In this document: positions 10,905 through 22,242 of the stretch, piece after piece
Position numbering within the stretch: position 1 is the stretch's first letter
Layout: every line of letters begins with the position of its first letter
Notes under the pieces: model-generated
Database searches by the model: none
Told to the model about the DNA's origin: nothing
What the model saw: only the letters and a program-made list of their open reading frames with translations
IMG/VR virus record: IMGVR_UViG_3300037311_000445
Span: 1-27,668 of that record
Direction: 5' to 3' (one strand)
Origin: a virus
Lineage: Duplodnaviria > Caudoviricetes
DNA length: 27,668 bases
Position numbers and translations under genes: made by a program

Positions 10905-11392
10905 TGGCAGACAATCTCGTGATGAATCAGGCAATCTTACAAAAGGTCATGCAAGCAGAAAAAGAAGCGTTACAAGCGACCGCTGAGTACGTCTACCAAC
11001 TCTTGAAAACGAAAATCAAAGAGCAAGCATACGACACAGGAGAGTTTGAAAAAAGCCTTTTTCTGAATGTGATCGGTGTGTGAAATATTATCCAACTTGG
11101 ATCAAGAACGCCTCAAGCAGTGGTTATGGAATACGGACGCAGACCATTACAAAAAAGACCTCCGATGGATGCACTCGTCCCCCGAGCAAAGCGTCATGGT
11201 ATGGTGCAATGATCTGCCACAAAATACAAAGACCTGAGCTCTAAAGAAAAAAGCACTGTCTATCTTCTTGCCAAAGCGATCGGTGTAAAAGGTATCGCTC
11301 CAAGATCAGTCTTCAGAAAAGTGTACGAACTATATGGAGATAAGATCAACACCTATTTTATTTCTGTTCTCCAAAAAAAACTATGAAGCTAA
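10904..11392 (+). CDS. Neck/tail completion protein (HK97 gp10-like), 162 aa
   Basis: YDTGEFEKS, VMEYGR, P[W]AKRHG and AKAIGVKGIAPR. TAATG coupling to the upstream gene. Confidence 0.7.
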
Positions 11393-11781
11393 AAAAAGCC
11401 ATTGCTGACTATCTTATGAATAACATCATCCTCCAACCTTTTCTTGATACGAGGGTATTCAGAAAGAAAACACCAGCAAATACAGCGACACCATTTGTCG
11501 TCTATGATACTGCTGGCTATCAAAATAGGTTAGGAAAATATCAATCAATCCATGGCTACCAAGGCAACAAACTCACCATAGATATTGTGTGAAAGTATGA
11601 AGAAGATGATCTACTTCATGAAATATCCGACATCATCGTTTCTCTTTTATGATGATTTATTGGTCAACTTACTCCTGATCGATCATGAACCATCGCACTC
11701 GAATGATCCGATGAAGGCTACGATTCCGAGACGAACTACAGCACGGTCAGGCTCTTTTTTCTTTGTAAGAACACCTTTTAA
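11383..11781 (+). CDS. Tail terminator protein (putative), 132 aa
   Basis: RVF...P....PFVVY motif and position before the tail tube gene. Confidence 0.65.
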
Positions 11782-11786
11782 TCTAA

Positions 11787-11817
11787 TAGATTGATATTTT
11801 TTTGATCTGATTATGAT
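11787..11817 (+). promoter_or_regulatory. Conserved promoter motif (copy 4, before tail tube)
   Basis: TAGATTGA-N12-CTGAT-TATGAT. Confidence 0.6.
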
Positions 11818-11852
11818 GCATATAACACTTTATTTTTTGTACCTCTTCACCT

Positions 11853-12623
11853 ATGTCACAACCTACAGGAATTGTAAATGATCAGAGACTTCTTGCTGGA
11901 GCCTGAGAGTTTTATTACGGTACATCCCTTGCATCGCTGGTAAGAATAGGTGCGTATAGAGATGCTACTATCGAATCAAAAAGAGAAAGTTCTGAACTTG
12001 TTTTTGATAATGACAAGATCAACAAATTCAAAAAGTGATCGGAGTTTTCTTTCAAGTTTAAACTTGCTGAAATTGATCCTGATACTCTTGCAAGCATCAA
12101 TCAAGGATGGATTACCAAAACGACTGTCCCTGGAACATTAGTCTCAGGTGCAACGCAGGTTCTCGCACCAAATACGGTACAATTTTTGAGTCTGATTGAG
12201 ATCGAACATCAGAATTTTGATTTTTCTACTGTGGTGATCTGAAATATTGTCTGATCAGTAAACTGACCAATCTCGGTAGCGGATTATATCCAAGTGATCT
12301 GACCAGGAAACAAAAGAAACATCTACTTCAAATCTTGAGGTACAGTAACGACCCTCAATCAAACGTTCACGATTACCTACAATTACACTCCTGCTCAAAG
12401 TAGGAAATTCACCTTTGCTGAGACTGGTATTGCAACTAGGTTTTATGCAAGATTTATTCATGAACGTCCTGATGGGAAACAAATTATTATCGATCTCAAA
12501 GATGTCCAAAATTTGACTTGATTAACGATAGACTTTGTTGGTAATAGCGACGACGATGTCGCAAGCGTTGATATCGAATTGAACGGTAAAGTCATCGCTG
12601 ATGGATTCACCTACGAAGTGTAA
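11853..12623 (+). CDS. Major tail (tube) protein, 256 aa
   Basis: Open only with TGA=Gly (MSQPTGIVNDQRLLAGA[G]EFYYG...FKLAEIDPDTLA). Beta-rich, located before the chaperones and tape measure. Confidence 0.7.
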
Positions 12624-12656
12624 TGGTTATTTTTTATCTTCTGCATACATTTTCCT

Positions 12657-13025
12657 ATGCTTGAAATTAATCTCGAGTGTTTTCTCTCCAAGGAAATAAC
12701 CATCAAACTAGGGAAGGATGTTTTTATCCTTGTCCAACCTACGGTCAGAGAGTTTGCAAAAATCATCTCCAAGACCGATAAGATCGGTACGGATGATGTC
12801 CAAAATACCAAGATCATGATTGAGATTCTCCAATCGTTCATCAAATATCCTGGTTGGTTTGGATACACCAAAGCAAAGTTTGGCTATATTCTCAAAGGAC
12901 TGACTCCTGAAAATTTGATGAAAGTCTGGAATGAGATTTTTTTTTGATTGGGGCTGACCAAGGAGCCACTGCATGACCTAGAGGAAAAACTGACACCGCA
13001 ACCGTCAGCTTCGTTACCCTCATAG
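12657..13025 (+). CDS. Tail assembly chaperone (gpG-like), 122 aa
   Basis: Located between tail tube and tape measure. Reads through TGA 12945 to TAG 13023-13025. Confidence 0.6.
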
Positions 13026-13216
13026 CCATTGCGATGAAATATTATACGCAATCGTTAGAAGCCACTATGGCAATGACTGCCTATCAATTTTTTTCTCTTG
13101 TACAAGAGATTGAATACCTAGAAGACCCACACAAACATTGTCCTGTCTCTCTTCCCAAAGAGAAGATGAAAAAACTGCAACAGAAGTCAGATTTTGAAGA
13201 ATTTTTATTTGGGTAA
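12938..13216 (+). CDS. Tail assembly chaperone extension (gpT-like), probably reached by -1 frameshift
   Basis: The -1 frame is open from the T TTT TTT heptamer (12938-12944) to TAA 13216 and includes track ORF 13034-13216. Confidence 0.55.
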
Positions 13217-13235
13217 GATAACTTACCCATTTTTT
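13210..13235 (+). terminator. Intrinsic terminator after the tail chaperones
   Basis: TGGGTAAG-ATAA-CTTACCCA followed by T6. Confidence 0.65.
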
Positions 13236-13299
13236 GTTGCAAATGCATTCCATTTCCCTATAAACACAAAAGTAAAACATTTATATTTGTGAAATAGTA

Positions 13300-13596
13300 A
13301 TGATGGATTGTATAAAATGCTTTAGCATATACACAAAAAAACATTGATTATTGAAATCATGAGCTCAAAGATATCATTGCAATGATTGCGATAAGACTTT
13401 TACTATATGATGAAGGTGAACATATTCTGACGTATTCAAAGAGAAAGTAGTAGAAAACTATTGTCATAGATGAATTAAGGCTCGTGAACTAATAAAGCAT
13501 TACAATATTTCATCAAGAACTTTGATCAAACGATCTCAAAATCATAGAGATAATTGTTCTCTGTGTTCTGATTCTATTTTAAATACAAGGTGATAA
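13300..13596 (+). CDS. InsA-like Zn-ribbon + HTH protein with extra Cys/His residues, 98 aa
   Basis: MDCIKC..KKH[G]..KS[G]AQRYHCNDCDKTF, then HTH ARELIKHYNISSRTLIK[W] and a C-terminal HRDNCSLC. Absent from the ORF track. Confidence 0.75.
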
Positions 13597-13598
13597 GA

Positions 13599-13970
13599 AT
13601 GAAAAATGTGATAATGCCAAGTATCATAGGAGTATGAGTGGAATCAACTACCAATTTTGTGTGATGATCTGAACTCACTATTGAACATATAGGATCAGAC
13701 TTAGTTGTTCATGGTTTACTTAATAGTGTTTGACCTGAAAAGATAGGTTTAACATGATATAAGGCAAGGTTTGCAGATGCGTTATTTCATGTTTTTGGTA
13801 AAGTTGTTGCTCATAATTGATATTCTATCGCTGAGTCTTTCGAGAATTCTGATATGATTGAATGTATACACGAACATTCTCATAGTTGACTTCTTATGTG
13901 GACTGCAATTTTATTATGCATTATGTCGGAACAAACATATAAGTTATATCAAGAGGACTATCGTAGGTAA
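13599..13970 (+). CDS. His-containing hypothetical protein with a hydrophobic C-terminal segment, 123 aa
   Basis: ATG 2 nt after the upstream stop; open with TGA=Gly. Contains CIHEHSHS followed by GLLMWTAILLCIM. Confidence 0.55.
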
Positions 13971-13977
13971 TAGAAAA

Positions 13978-14006
13978 TTAACATAAAACTTATTTATGAG
14001 TATAAG
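13978..14006 (+). promoter_or_regulatory. Canonical sigma70-like promoter for the COG0523 gene
   Basis: TTAACA-N17-TATAAG. Confidence 0.45.
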
Positions 14007-14113
14007 TAAATAAATAATCGTGAAATGAGAAAAAAAAGATACTATTTATAAATTATAAAAATAACTGTTCACAGTGTTCTAAAAATATTTACTCTTTAAT
14101 TTAAATTTAGCAT

Positions 14114-15166
14114 ATGAACAAAAGAAAAGCAATCCCAGTTACTGTACTAAGCTGATTTCTCGGTGCAGGAAAGACTACTATTCTTAATTATATATTAAAA
14201 AATAGAGAGAATAAAAAGTATGCTGTTATCGTAAATGATATGAGTACAATTAATATTGATAGTGAATTAGTGAAAGGAAATGGGTTTGGTAGAACTGAAG
14301 AAAAGTTAGTTGAAATGTCTAATGGCTGTATTTGCTGTACATTAAGAGAAGATCTCCTGATCGAGATTTCAAAACTTGCAAATGAGGGTAAATTTGATGG
14401 AATAATAATAGAATCAAGTGGTATTTCTGAACCTTTACCTGTTGCTGAAACCTTTACATTTGAAGACGAAAATGGACATAGACTTATGGATATAGCATGT
14501 TTAGACACACTCGTGACAGTTGTAGATGGGAAACAGTTTTTTGATCTCTATTCCAATTCAGAAAAACTTAATGAAGCAAATATTGGGCTCGGTGACGAAG
14601 ACGATCGTAGTATAGTTCATTTACTAGTAGATCAAATAGAGTTTGCTAATGTTATTTTAATTTCCAAAGTAGATATAGCTAGTAAAGACCAAATTTTAAA
14701 AGTTAAGGCAATAATTAAAAAGTTAAATCCAGATGCAAAAGTTTATGAGATATCAAACTGACAAATAGATTTAGGAAAAATCATAAATACTTCCCTTTTT
14801 GATATGAAAAATGCCCAAAATAATCCGTGACGGCTGAAAGAAATTCGTGGGGAACATAAACCCGAGACCGATGAATACGGGATTACTAGTTTTGTTTACT
14901 GCTCGGATAGACCATTTTCTCACTCCGTATTGCTAAAAATATTAGAAAACAATGAATTATCCAATGTGGTACGCTCAAAAGGATTTGTCTGGACTGATCA
15001 AAATCTAGAAGTTGCATTAATATGGTCTCAAGCAGGGAATATTATAACTTTAGATCCATATGGTTATCGGGAGATTGATGGTAAAGGTGAGCAAAAACTT
15101 GTTTTTATTGGCATGGATATAGACCAAACAAAAATCACTAAGTCCTTAGATCAAGCCCTGATATAG
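14114..15166 (+). CDS. COG0523/CobW-family GTPase (YciC/ZigA-like zinc metallochaperone), 350 aa
   Basis: IPVTVLS[G]FLGAGKTT, EMSNGCICCTLREDL, ESSGISEP, QIEFAN, P[G][W]LKEIRGEHKPETDEYGI, VRSKGFVW and QKLVFIG. Confidence 0.95.
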
Positions 15167-15272
15167 ACAAATTTTTCAGTTTTTTAGTTTAAAATGATGA
15201 ATTACAGAACGATCAAATAAGTGATTTCCAACATGGAAACCGATTTGATGTTACAATAAATTGTCGTACCAA

Positions 15273-15333
15273 TAAACTGATAATTTCTGTCACTGAATAT
15301 ACTACCTAGCACTTTACCTTGCTAGGTTTTTTT
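15273..15333 (+). promoter_or_regulatory. Conserved promoter motif plus hairpin (copy 5, before tape measure)
   Basis: TAAACTGA-N12-CTGAA-TATACT. Hairpin ACCTAGCA-CTTTACCT-TGCTAGGT followed by a T run just before ATG 15335. Confidence 0.65.
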
Positions 15334-15334
15334 C

Positions 15335-18300
15335 ATGGCAAAGACCATCTTCGAACTACTCTGGGATTTGAAGGTTGACAGAAATGGTATCGCTCAACAA
15401 CTCAATCAAGTGAGAGATGATATCAACGGTTTCAATCAAAGAATAAAGGATCAAACAGCGATCCAACTTTCTTTGAATGTGTGAAAACTCAAAGCCCAAC
15501 TCGACGAGGTCAAGAATCAATTGAAACTTGCAAGAGACCAATGAAACCGTGATTCAGTGATACAATTAACTGCTGATGCATCAAGACTTCAACAATCACT
15601 AACCCAGGCAGGAAGAGAGCTCAGAAACTATACGAGGACAGGGTCAGCAGATATTTCTGTCTTGTGAAAAAACTTTCAGTGAATCAATAGTGAAGTCCTC
15701 AAACAAGGGAGTATTATCCAAAGCACAGTGGAAAAAATGAAGATTTCCTTTGTGGGATTGAAAGAGGTATTGATCACCGCATTTTCTGTTACTGCATTAA
15801 CACAATTTGTCAGAGGTATCTTTGATCTGACCTCTCAAGTACAACAAGCAAAGATATCATTCACGACACTTTTCAAAAGTGAGGAAATAGCAGTGAAACT
15901 TCTCAAAGATATCCAGACCTTTGCTAAGCAGACACCGTTCGAGCAGTTTGGGTTGGTCGATGGTGCAAAAAGACTCGCCGCATATGGATTCAAAGCACAA
16001 CAGATTCTCCCGATTATGAAGTCGCTTGGAGATGCAGTTGCTGGTGTGGGATGATCGCAAGATACATTGAATGGTGTGATCGTAGCATTAGGACAAATGC
16101 AAACCAAAGGAAAACTCGTCCAACAAGAAGTGAATCAGATTGCAGAACGTGGTATTCCTATCTTTGAAATTTTGAGAGAAAAACTGTGATTAACGCAGGA
16201 GCAACTTGCTGATATCGGTAACCAAAACATCAGCTCTGCACAAGCTATACCATTGATTCTTGAAGGTATCAATGAGAAGTTTTGATGATTGATGGAACAA
16301 CAAGCACAGACGATTCAAGGAAGACTGAGCAACATTATTGATAGTTTCAAAATCAATATGTCCAAACTTGGTGAAGTATTGGAGCCTATTTTTTCAGGAA
16401 TACTCAGTAGTCTGTCAGCTATCATTACTCCTGCTTTCAATATTCTCATTCTTGGAGTCAAAGGATTTATGGCTGTCTTCAAAGCAGTCTTTGAGGGTGC
16501 AAATCTAATCTATACTATTTTTGCAAACAACTTTGTGATCATTACCAAGACAATTCTTGCATCATTCCTTACGGCGTTGGTGATCATGAAACAACAAACG
16601 ATTATCTCATTTGTGCAATGAGTCGTGAACCAGTTTGTCAGAGGGATGGTATTGATGGGAAGTTCAGTATTGAGTTTCTCGAGAGCATCGTTGAACTTCA
16701 TTGTGAATATCAGACAGATCACCACGGATGTCATCCAAGCAACGCTAGCCTTGTGAAGGAAAGCGATCGCTTGGACGGTAACGACGGCAAGGACATACGC
16801 TCAGATCATTGCAAACAACATCGCATCCTTTTCATTCCGTGCTTTGGGAACGAGTATCTTGAGTGTAATCAAAAATCTTATTTTCCTTGGTGCAAGGTTC
16901 TTCTTGATAGCATCCATCGTGACGGCAATCGTGGTGGCTATCTTTACGAACTGGAATACACTCAAAGAAAAGCTGAAACCTGTCTTTGATTTCATGGCAA
17001 AGATTGGTCAAGCTGTACCACAGGCTATTGCGAAGGCATGGAACTTTGCAGTGGATGTGATCTTTGGAGCAATCAAAGGTATTCTATCGTCAGGAAAAGC
17101 AGTCGCTGACTTTTTGAAAAATACCTTCAACGTAGATATCGGGACAGCGAATATCGACAAGTATATGGCGAGTATTGATCAAGCAAGAAATAATCTGCAA
17201 ACCAATGCTGACGAAGTGAAATCCATCTTTGAGGGTATCGCTGATGAGACAGGAAATGCCTTCACATTCATCAAAGATCAGGTCTTGGGAACAGGTGCAA
17301 GTACTGATAAGTTGGGCGATGATGTCTTATGATTGGCAGGAAAGTTTGATGACATGGGAAACTCCTCGGAAGATGCACACAAAAAGTGAGCAAAAGCAGG
17401 AGGTGAAGCTCAGGAACAACTCAAAGAGTTAGAAAGTACCACCAAAGACCTCGAAAAGGCAAATGATAAATTAGAAAAAACAATTCAGAACGTCAGTGAA
17501 GCTCAACAAGAGTACAAAGATGCGGTCGTGGATTCGACGAATACGATCAAAAATAATCTTAGAGAAACACAAAGAGAATATGATAAAACTATCAAGAAAA
17601 TTCAGGAAACGAGAGAAGAAGAGATCAAGAATATTGAACTCCAAAAGTCACAAGACAAAAATCAGAACGTGCAACAGTTCGCACAATGACAAGCAGAAGA
17701 CTTGGCAAAGTCTCAGCAAGAACAAACAAAGTTGGAAACCAAACTATCAGGAGAAAGTGATAGTGATAAGAGAGTGGAGCTTCAACAACAGATCAATGCA
17801 GAGATAGAAAAACAAGTACAGCTCCAAAAAAACCTTGATGATCTCAAAAAACAAGCTCAAAAAGATGGTGTGGTCAATATTGATCAGTTGATCCAAGAAC
17901 AGCAACTGAGAGCAAAGATGACCGATGAACAAAGGGCGTTTTATGATTTCAAGAAACAACAAGAAGGAGTTGATACCAAAGCTCAGCAGGATATTTTGAA
18001 AGCTAATCAGAAAGCGGTCGATGATCAGAAAGAAGCCGAGACAGAACTTGCTCAAACTCAGCAGTCATTGGAAAATCAAAAGAAAATTATCTCTGCATTG
18101 GATAATGTAAAGTCAGTCACCAAAGCACAAGTAGAGAGTTTTTTGAGTTCAGCGAGTTTTGCAAAGTTCGATGAAGATAGTCAAAAACTTTTAGAAAAAC
18201 TTCTTGATCTCAAATTGAAAATATCGGATGCCACTAGAGAAAAACAATCTGCTCAGGCGGATGTAACGAAAATAGGATGAAAACTACAGGAGGATAGTGC

Positions 18301-19084
18301 AAATACTCAACTTGCAAATATTGGGAAAACGAAAAAAGAATACCAAGAATTACTGACACAAATTAACGATGCACTCGCAAAATCAGAAACACTGAAAGCA
18401 CAGTCAAAAGAACTTTGATCGGTTTCTCTTTCTACACCATCCGCACAATCTTCCCTTCCAACACCAGAACAGCCGTCAGGAGAAAATACAGCCAATGATC
18501 AAGCGGTTTTAGAGACCAAAAAAGCGAACATTCAACAGCTCGCTGACTTCAAACTCGAGAAGTCTACCGAAGACACAGAAAACCAATTAACCTCATCTGA
18601 ACAGGAGATCGCTTTGCATCTTGCTACCATTCAACAAATACAGGATGCACAAACACAGTCTTTGGTACAACTACAACAGATACGACGTGCCTATTTTGCC
18701 AATCTTGTCTCTACTACGAGATCGACCGTGACTACTTTGATGGGAGAATACAGCAGATTGATTACTCAGCTTTTGTATATCATTTCCTTACAGCAAAGAG
18801 CTGGAGGTGGATGAAGGTGATTTGCTGTGGGTTGATTCACCTGAGGAACCGACAGAAACAAGATAGCGGGAGTCGTGCATCAGGGAGAATATGTGGTTCC
18901 GAAATGGATGGTCGATAAGTACACACCCTTGGTGAGTAATCTTGAAAATATCAGAATGAGAGGGTTCGCAACAGGAGGTTATACATCTACTACAAACAGG
19001 TCGGTCAACATCAATGGAAACATCCATGTGGGAAGCGGTCATGATCTCAATCAACAGTTAGACTACTGGAAATGGAAGATTTAG
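15335..19084 (+). CDS. Tape measure protein, 1249 aa
   Basis: Tape-measure domain FAKQTPFE..L..GAKRL.AYG..LGQMQTKGK..E.NQIAERGIP, hydrophobic helices, long coiled coils and a C-terminal GVVHQGEYVVP. Six track ORFs share this frame. Confidence 0.92.
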
Positions 19085-19085
19085 A

Positions 19086-19112
19086 AAAACTGGGGACACT
19101 GTCCCCAGTTTT
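19086..19112. repeat. 27-bp palindrome (13-bp arms), possible bidirectional terminator; copy of a DUF1016 internal sequence
   Basis: AAAACTGGGGACA-C-TGTCCCCAGTTTT, between convergent genes. Confidence 0.85.
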
Positions 19113-19126
19113 GTATTTGCTCAATT

Positions 19127-19145
19127 CTGCCGACACTGTCGGCAG
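19127..19145. repeat. 19-bp palindrome with the same GACA-C-TGTC core
   Basis: CTGCCGACA-C-TGTCGGCAG, 2 nt from the DUF1016 stop codon. Confidence 0.85.
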
Positions 19146-19147
19146 TT

Positions 19148-20167
19148 TTACAAGCCTTGTTCGTATTTCAATAATACTTCTTCAATTTGTTCTTGTGTTG
19201 GTAGTTTTTTTGCCTTATCTCAGAGGTGTTTACTCTCCTCATATTTACTTACTGCTATAGGTTTGTTAATATCCTTGAGTGCATAACGCACAATATGCTC
19301 TTTCTTATTTTTACAGATAAGTAGTCAGATGGTTGGATTATGTTCAGGTCTTTTGACAACTTCGTCTACAACATTTACATAAAAGTTAAGCTTTCCGACA
19401 AATTCAGGTTTGAAGTCTACTACTTTGAGTTCAACAACGATATAGCAGTTCAACTCTACATGAAAGAAAAGTAGATCAATGAAATATGAATCTCCCTCAA
19501 CTTTAATTTCGTATTGGCTTCCAATAAAAGCAAATCACATTCATAACTCCAATAAGAATTCTTGAATTCTTAGTAATAGTCAGTCGTGTAAATCTTTTTC
19601 TTTGTACTTTTTACCAAGACTTAAGAAATCAAATAAGTAACTATCTTTGAGTGCAAGTTTTGTATCTTCAGCTTGCTGAGCAACAAGTGTTTGATCGAGA
19701 TTATTGTCTTTGTGAGCAATCATAAATCTTTCGTAGTATTCTCCAGTTATCATGTTATCAAGCACTCTCGCAGACCATCATTCTTTTTTCGTAATAAGCA
19801 TGTAAAATTGTCTTTGTAAGTCGTCTTTACATTTTTCTAGTATGAGAAGGTTATTACTCCAGCTAATTTCTAGGGACAGTGTCCCCAGTTTTTCATTATC
19901 CTTGTATGCCTCGTAAAACTTCACCATTCTTCGGATGTTATCAGCAGTGAAACCTTTGATGCCAGGAAAGTCTCTTTTAAGATCAATTGATATATTTTCT
20001 ATAACACTCTTTCATCGGTCTTGTTTGTCAGAGATCATTTTCCCAATTCCTGAGTACAATATCAGTAAACTCTTGTTCACTGAAGACAATGCTTTGTACT
20101 GAGCTTCTTGGATTCTTGATTTAATCTCTAAGAGAAAATCTTTGTATTCGAGAGCGAGTTTTGTCAT
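19148..20167 (-). CDS. DUF1016/YhcG-family PD-(D/E)XK nuclease-domain protein, 339 aa
   Basis: VN..L..LY..IGKMI, D[W][G]KSVIE, GF...NI[W]RM..FY, ISWSNN, KDSYLFDFL, FLLELG.GFAFIGSQY, IDLLFFH..LNCYIVVELK...FKPEFVGKLNFY. Confidence 0.93.
19870..19894. repeat. In-gene imperfect palindrome; 19873-19894 is a perfect 22-bp inverted copy of 19084-19105
   Basis: The minus strand reads GAAAAACTGGGGACACTGTCCCTAG, encoding EKLGTLSL. Confidence 0.85.
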
Positions 20168-20247
20168 GAAAATAAAGTTATGAATAAAGCCAAATACGGG
20201 GAAATCCAAACTACTGAAACTTATAAGAATTTCCTTTTTTATCTCAA

Positions 20248-20311
20248 TACATTTACTTTAGATTGGTATGAATATAATAGGTTTCGTTTACTTTGCAAGC
20301 ATCAATCTATG
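20248..20311 (+). promoter_or_regulatory. Conserved promoter motif plus hairpin (copy 6, before distal tail gene)
   Basis: TACATTTA-N12-ATGAA-TATAAT. ATAGGTT pairs with AATCTAT, which overlaps ATG 20309. Confidence 0.6.
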
Positions 20312-21184
20312 ATCTGAAATCAATTCTTTCGAGATGGTTATAATCTCATGCAAACAAACCAAGACTACAGAATTGCAGTCAGTGATGTGCAATGGAGAAA
20401 ATTGAAGGTGTCGGACGATAAACAAGATTTGATTGGATACCATGGGACATTGACCTGACCGACGTATGCGAGAGGAAGGACAATCATCATCGAGGGCGTG
20501 ATCATAGCACCGATTAGAGAGTTAACTTCCAAAGCAATGGACTGGTTGGATGCTTTGTTTGCTTTGCAAGGTGTGCCGAGTACGGTCGAAACTAAAGAAC
20601 TCAAAATCATTGATGAGCAAATGAGAGAATGGGTGATCCGCTGTAAAGTTGATCAACCTGTAGATTATGAAATTGAAGAAGATAACGACCATAATGATGG
20701 AGCGATAAGAAGACGAAGGGTCACCTTGTTTGCCTCCGACCCTAAGTTTTATTCAACTATTGATTCATTGTTTTATGGTCAAGAAGGAAATTATGGTGGT
20801 TTCCAATTACCCAACACGATGTCCAACCAACGAAATATGACCTATAATGAGATCAATTGTTTGACTACTTCGAACGCTGATCAACCAATAAAAATAACCA
20901 TTACGGTAGGTGGAAATATCAACAAACCACTGACCATCTACAATGTCACAGCCAATAAATGGTTCATGCTCGACATCGATGCAGACCCTGGAGACGTGAT
21001 TGTCATCGATGCAAAAAATCAGACTGCTACCAAAAATAGTCTGAATGTTCTTGGGTATAGAGTTCCATGATCGCAACGACCAACCGTCAAAGGGATTACC
21101 AAATACGTCATGTACGATGTGGACGGATGAATCTACGGCAGTGACTTTGATGTCGCTCTTTCATTCAATAACTCGCTCCTGTAA
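20309..21184 (+). CDS. Distal tail (Dit-like) protein, 291 aa
   Basis: First structural gene after the tape measure. RGRTIIIEG.I, VTLFASDPKFYS and a beta-rich C-terminus. Confidence 0.7.
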
Positions 21185-22242
21185 TGGCAATTATTGGATA
21201 CGTGTATGATAGGCATAACAACTTGATCTGACAACTCTTTGACGTTGTTGGTTTTCAATGTTCATTGAAACTCAATGATGTATCGACAGGAGAACTCACT
21301 ATCAGCAATGAAAACTTGCTTGATGCCTTACTAATTTTGAAAGAAAATAATCGTATCAAAGTGATGGAAGGACAGAATGGGACGGAGAGATTACTGATCT
21401 CTTGATACATGAGAGGGATTGAAGCGACTCTAAAAAATACGGTCATAAAAATCGAGGATATGATCAGTTTTTTGGATGACAAAGTATTATTCAATCCAAT
21501 GACTTATACCTGACCAATCAACACCTTACTTCAACAAGTATTGACGCAGATTAATCTCAGAGAACAAACAGAACTGACGTGTATTAGTGATGTTAGTGCG
21601 AGTGTTACCAAAAAATATGAGAAGGGAGAAACGTTCGCAAACGTCCTCAAAGATCTGAGAGAAAATGCCTATGAATATATCGTTAGAGATACAGTTTTGT
21701 ATTTCAATCACACGATCGGAATTGATAGATCAGTACCTTCAAACGATTATTATGAGTTTGTACGAGATATAAACTCACCGTTGGATAGAACGATCAGAGA
21801 TGCAAAGCTAGTAATGGATATTAAACAAATGTGCAATTCCTGTATTGGAAAAGATGGTAATGCCTATGGTTATGCAGAAGACCTGACGAGCATCCAAGAG
21901 TTTTGAAGAATAGAAAGAAGTATGACCAATAGTGGAAATATTCAACAAGCGACACAAAACTACGTCAACGAGAGGAAAGATAGTATCAAGGAGTTTGATA
22001 TTTCTCCAAACATTCCTGACTTTTTTGCTTGTGATGTGGGAGATGTTGTCAGGGTGTATATCAATTCAGGAAACGATCTGATGTTTTATGATGGAAGCAT
22101 GAAAGTCATTGAAAAATCCTATACGGCTGGAGAGATGACAAAGGTGACCTTCAAATTGTGAAAAAGTAAGGTGAAAACTATTGATCTTGCTGAAAAACTC
22201 AGGGAGATAAACAGAAGGGTCGGAAAACTGGAACTTCAATAG
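21184..22242 (+). CDS. Baseplate hub / minor tail protein (Tal/Gp37-like), 352 aa
   Basis: TAATG-coupled to the Dit gene, with a C-terminal DVGDVVRV motif. One frame through TGA codons. Confidence 0.65.

Noticed and set aside
13236-13970. Complete IS1/IS1595 insertion sequence
   Set aside because: Only an InsA-like ORF is present. I found no DDE transposase, terminal inverted repeats or target duplication.
14005-14065. Zur box upstream of the COG0523 gene
   Set aside because: Only a partial AATCGT and an AT-only inverted repeat (TTATA-AAT-TATAA) are present, which is not distinguishable from background.
19084-19150. CRISPR mini-array
   Set aside because: There are only two non-identical palindromes 14 nt apart and no cas genes.
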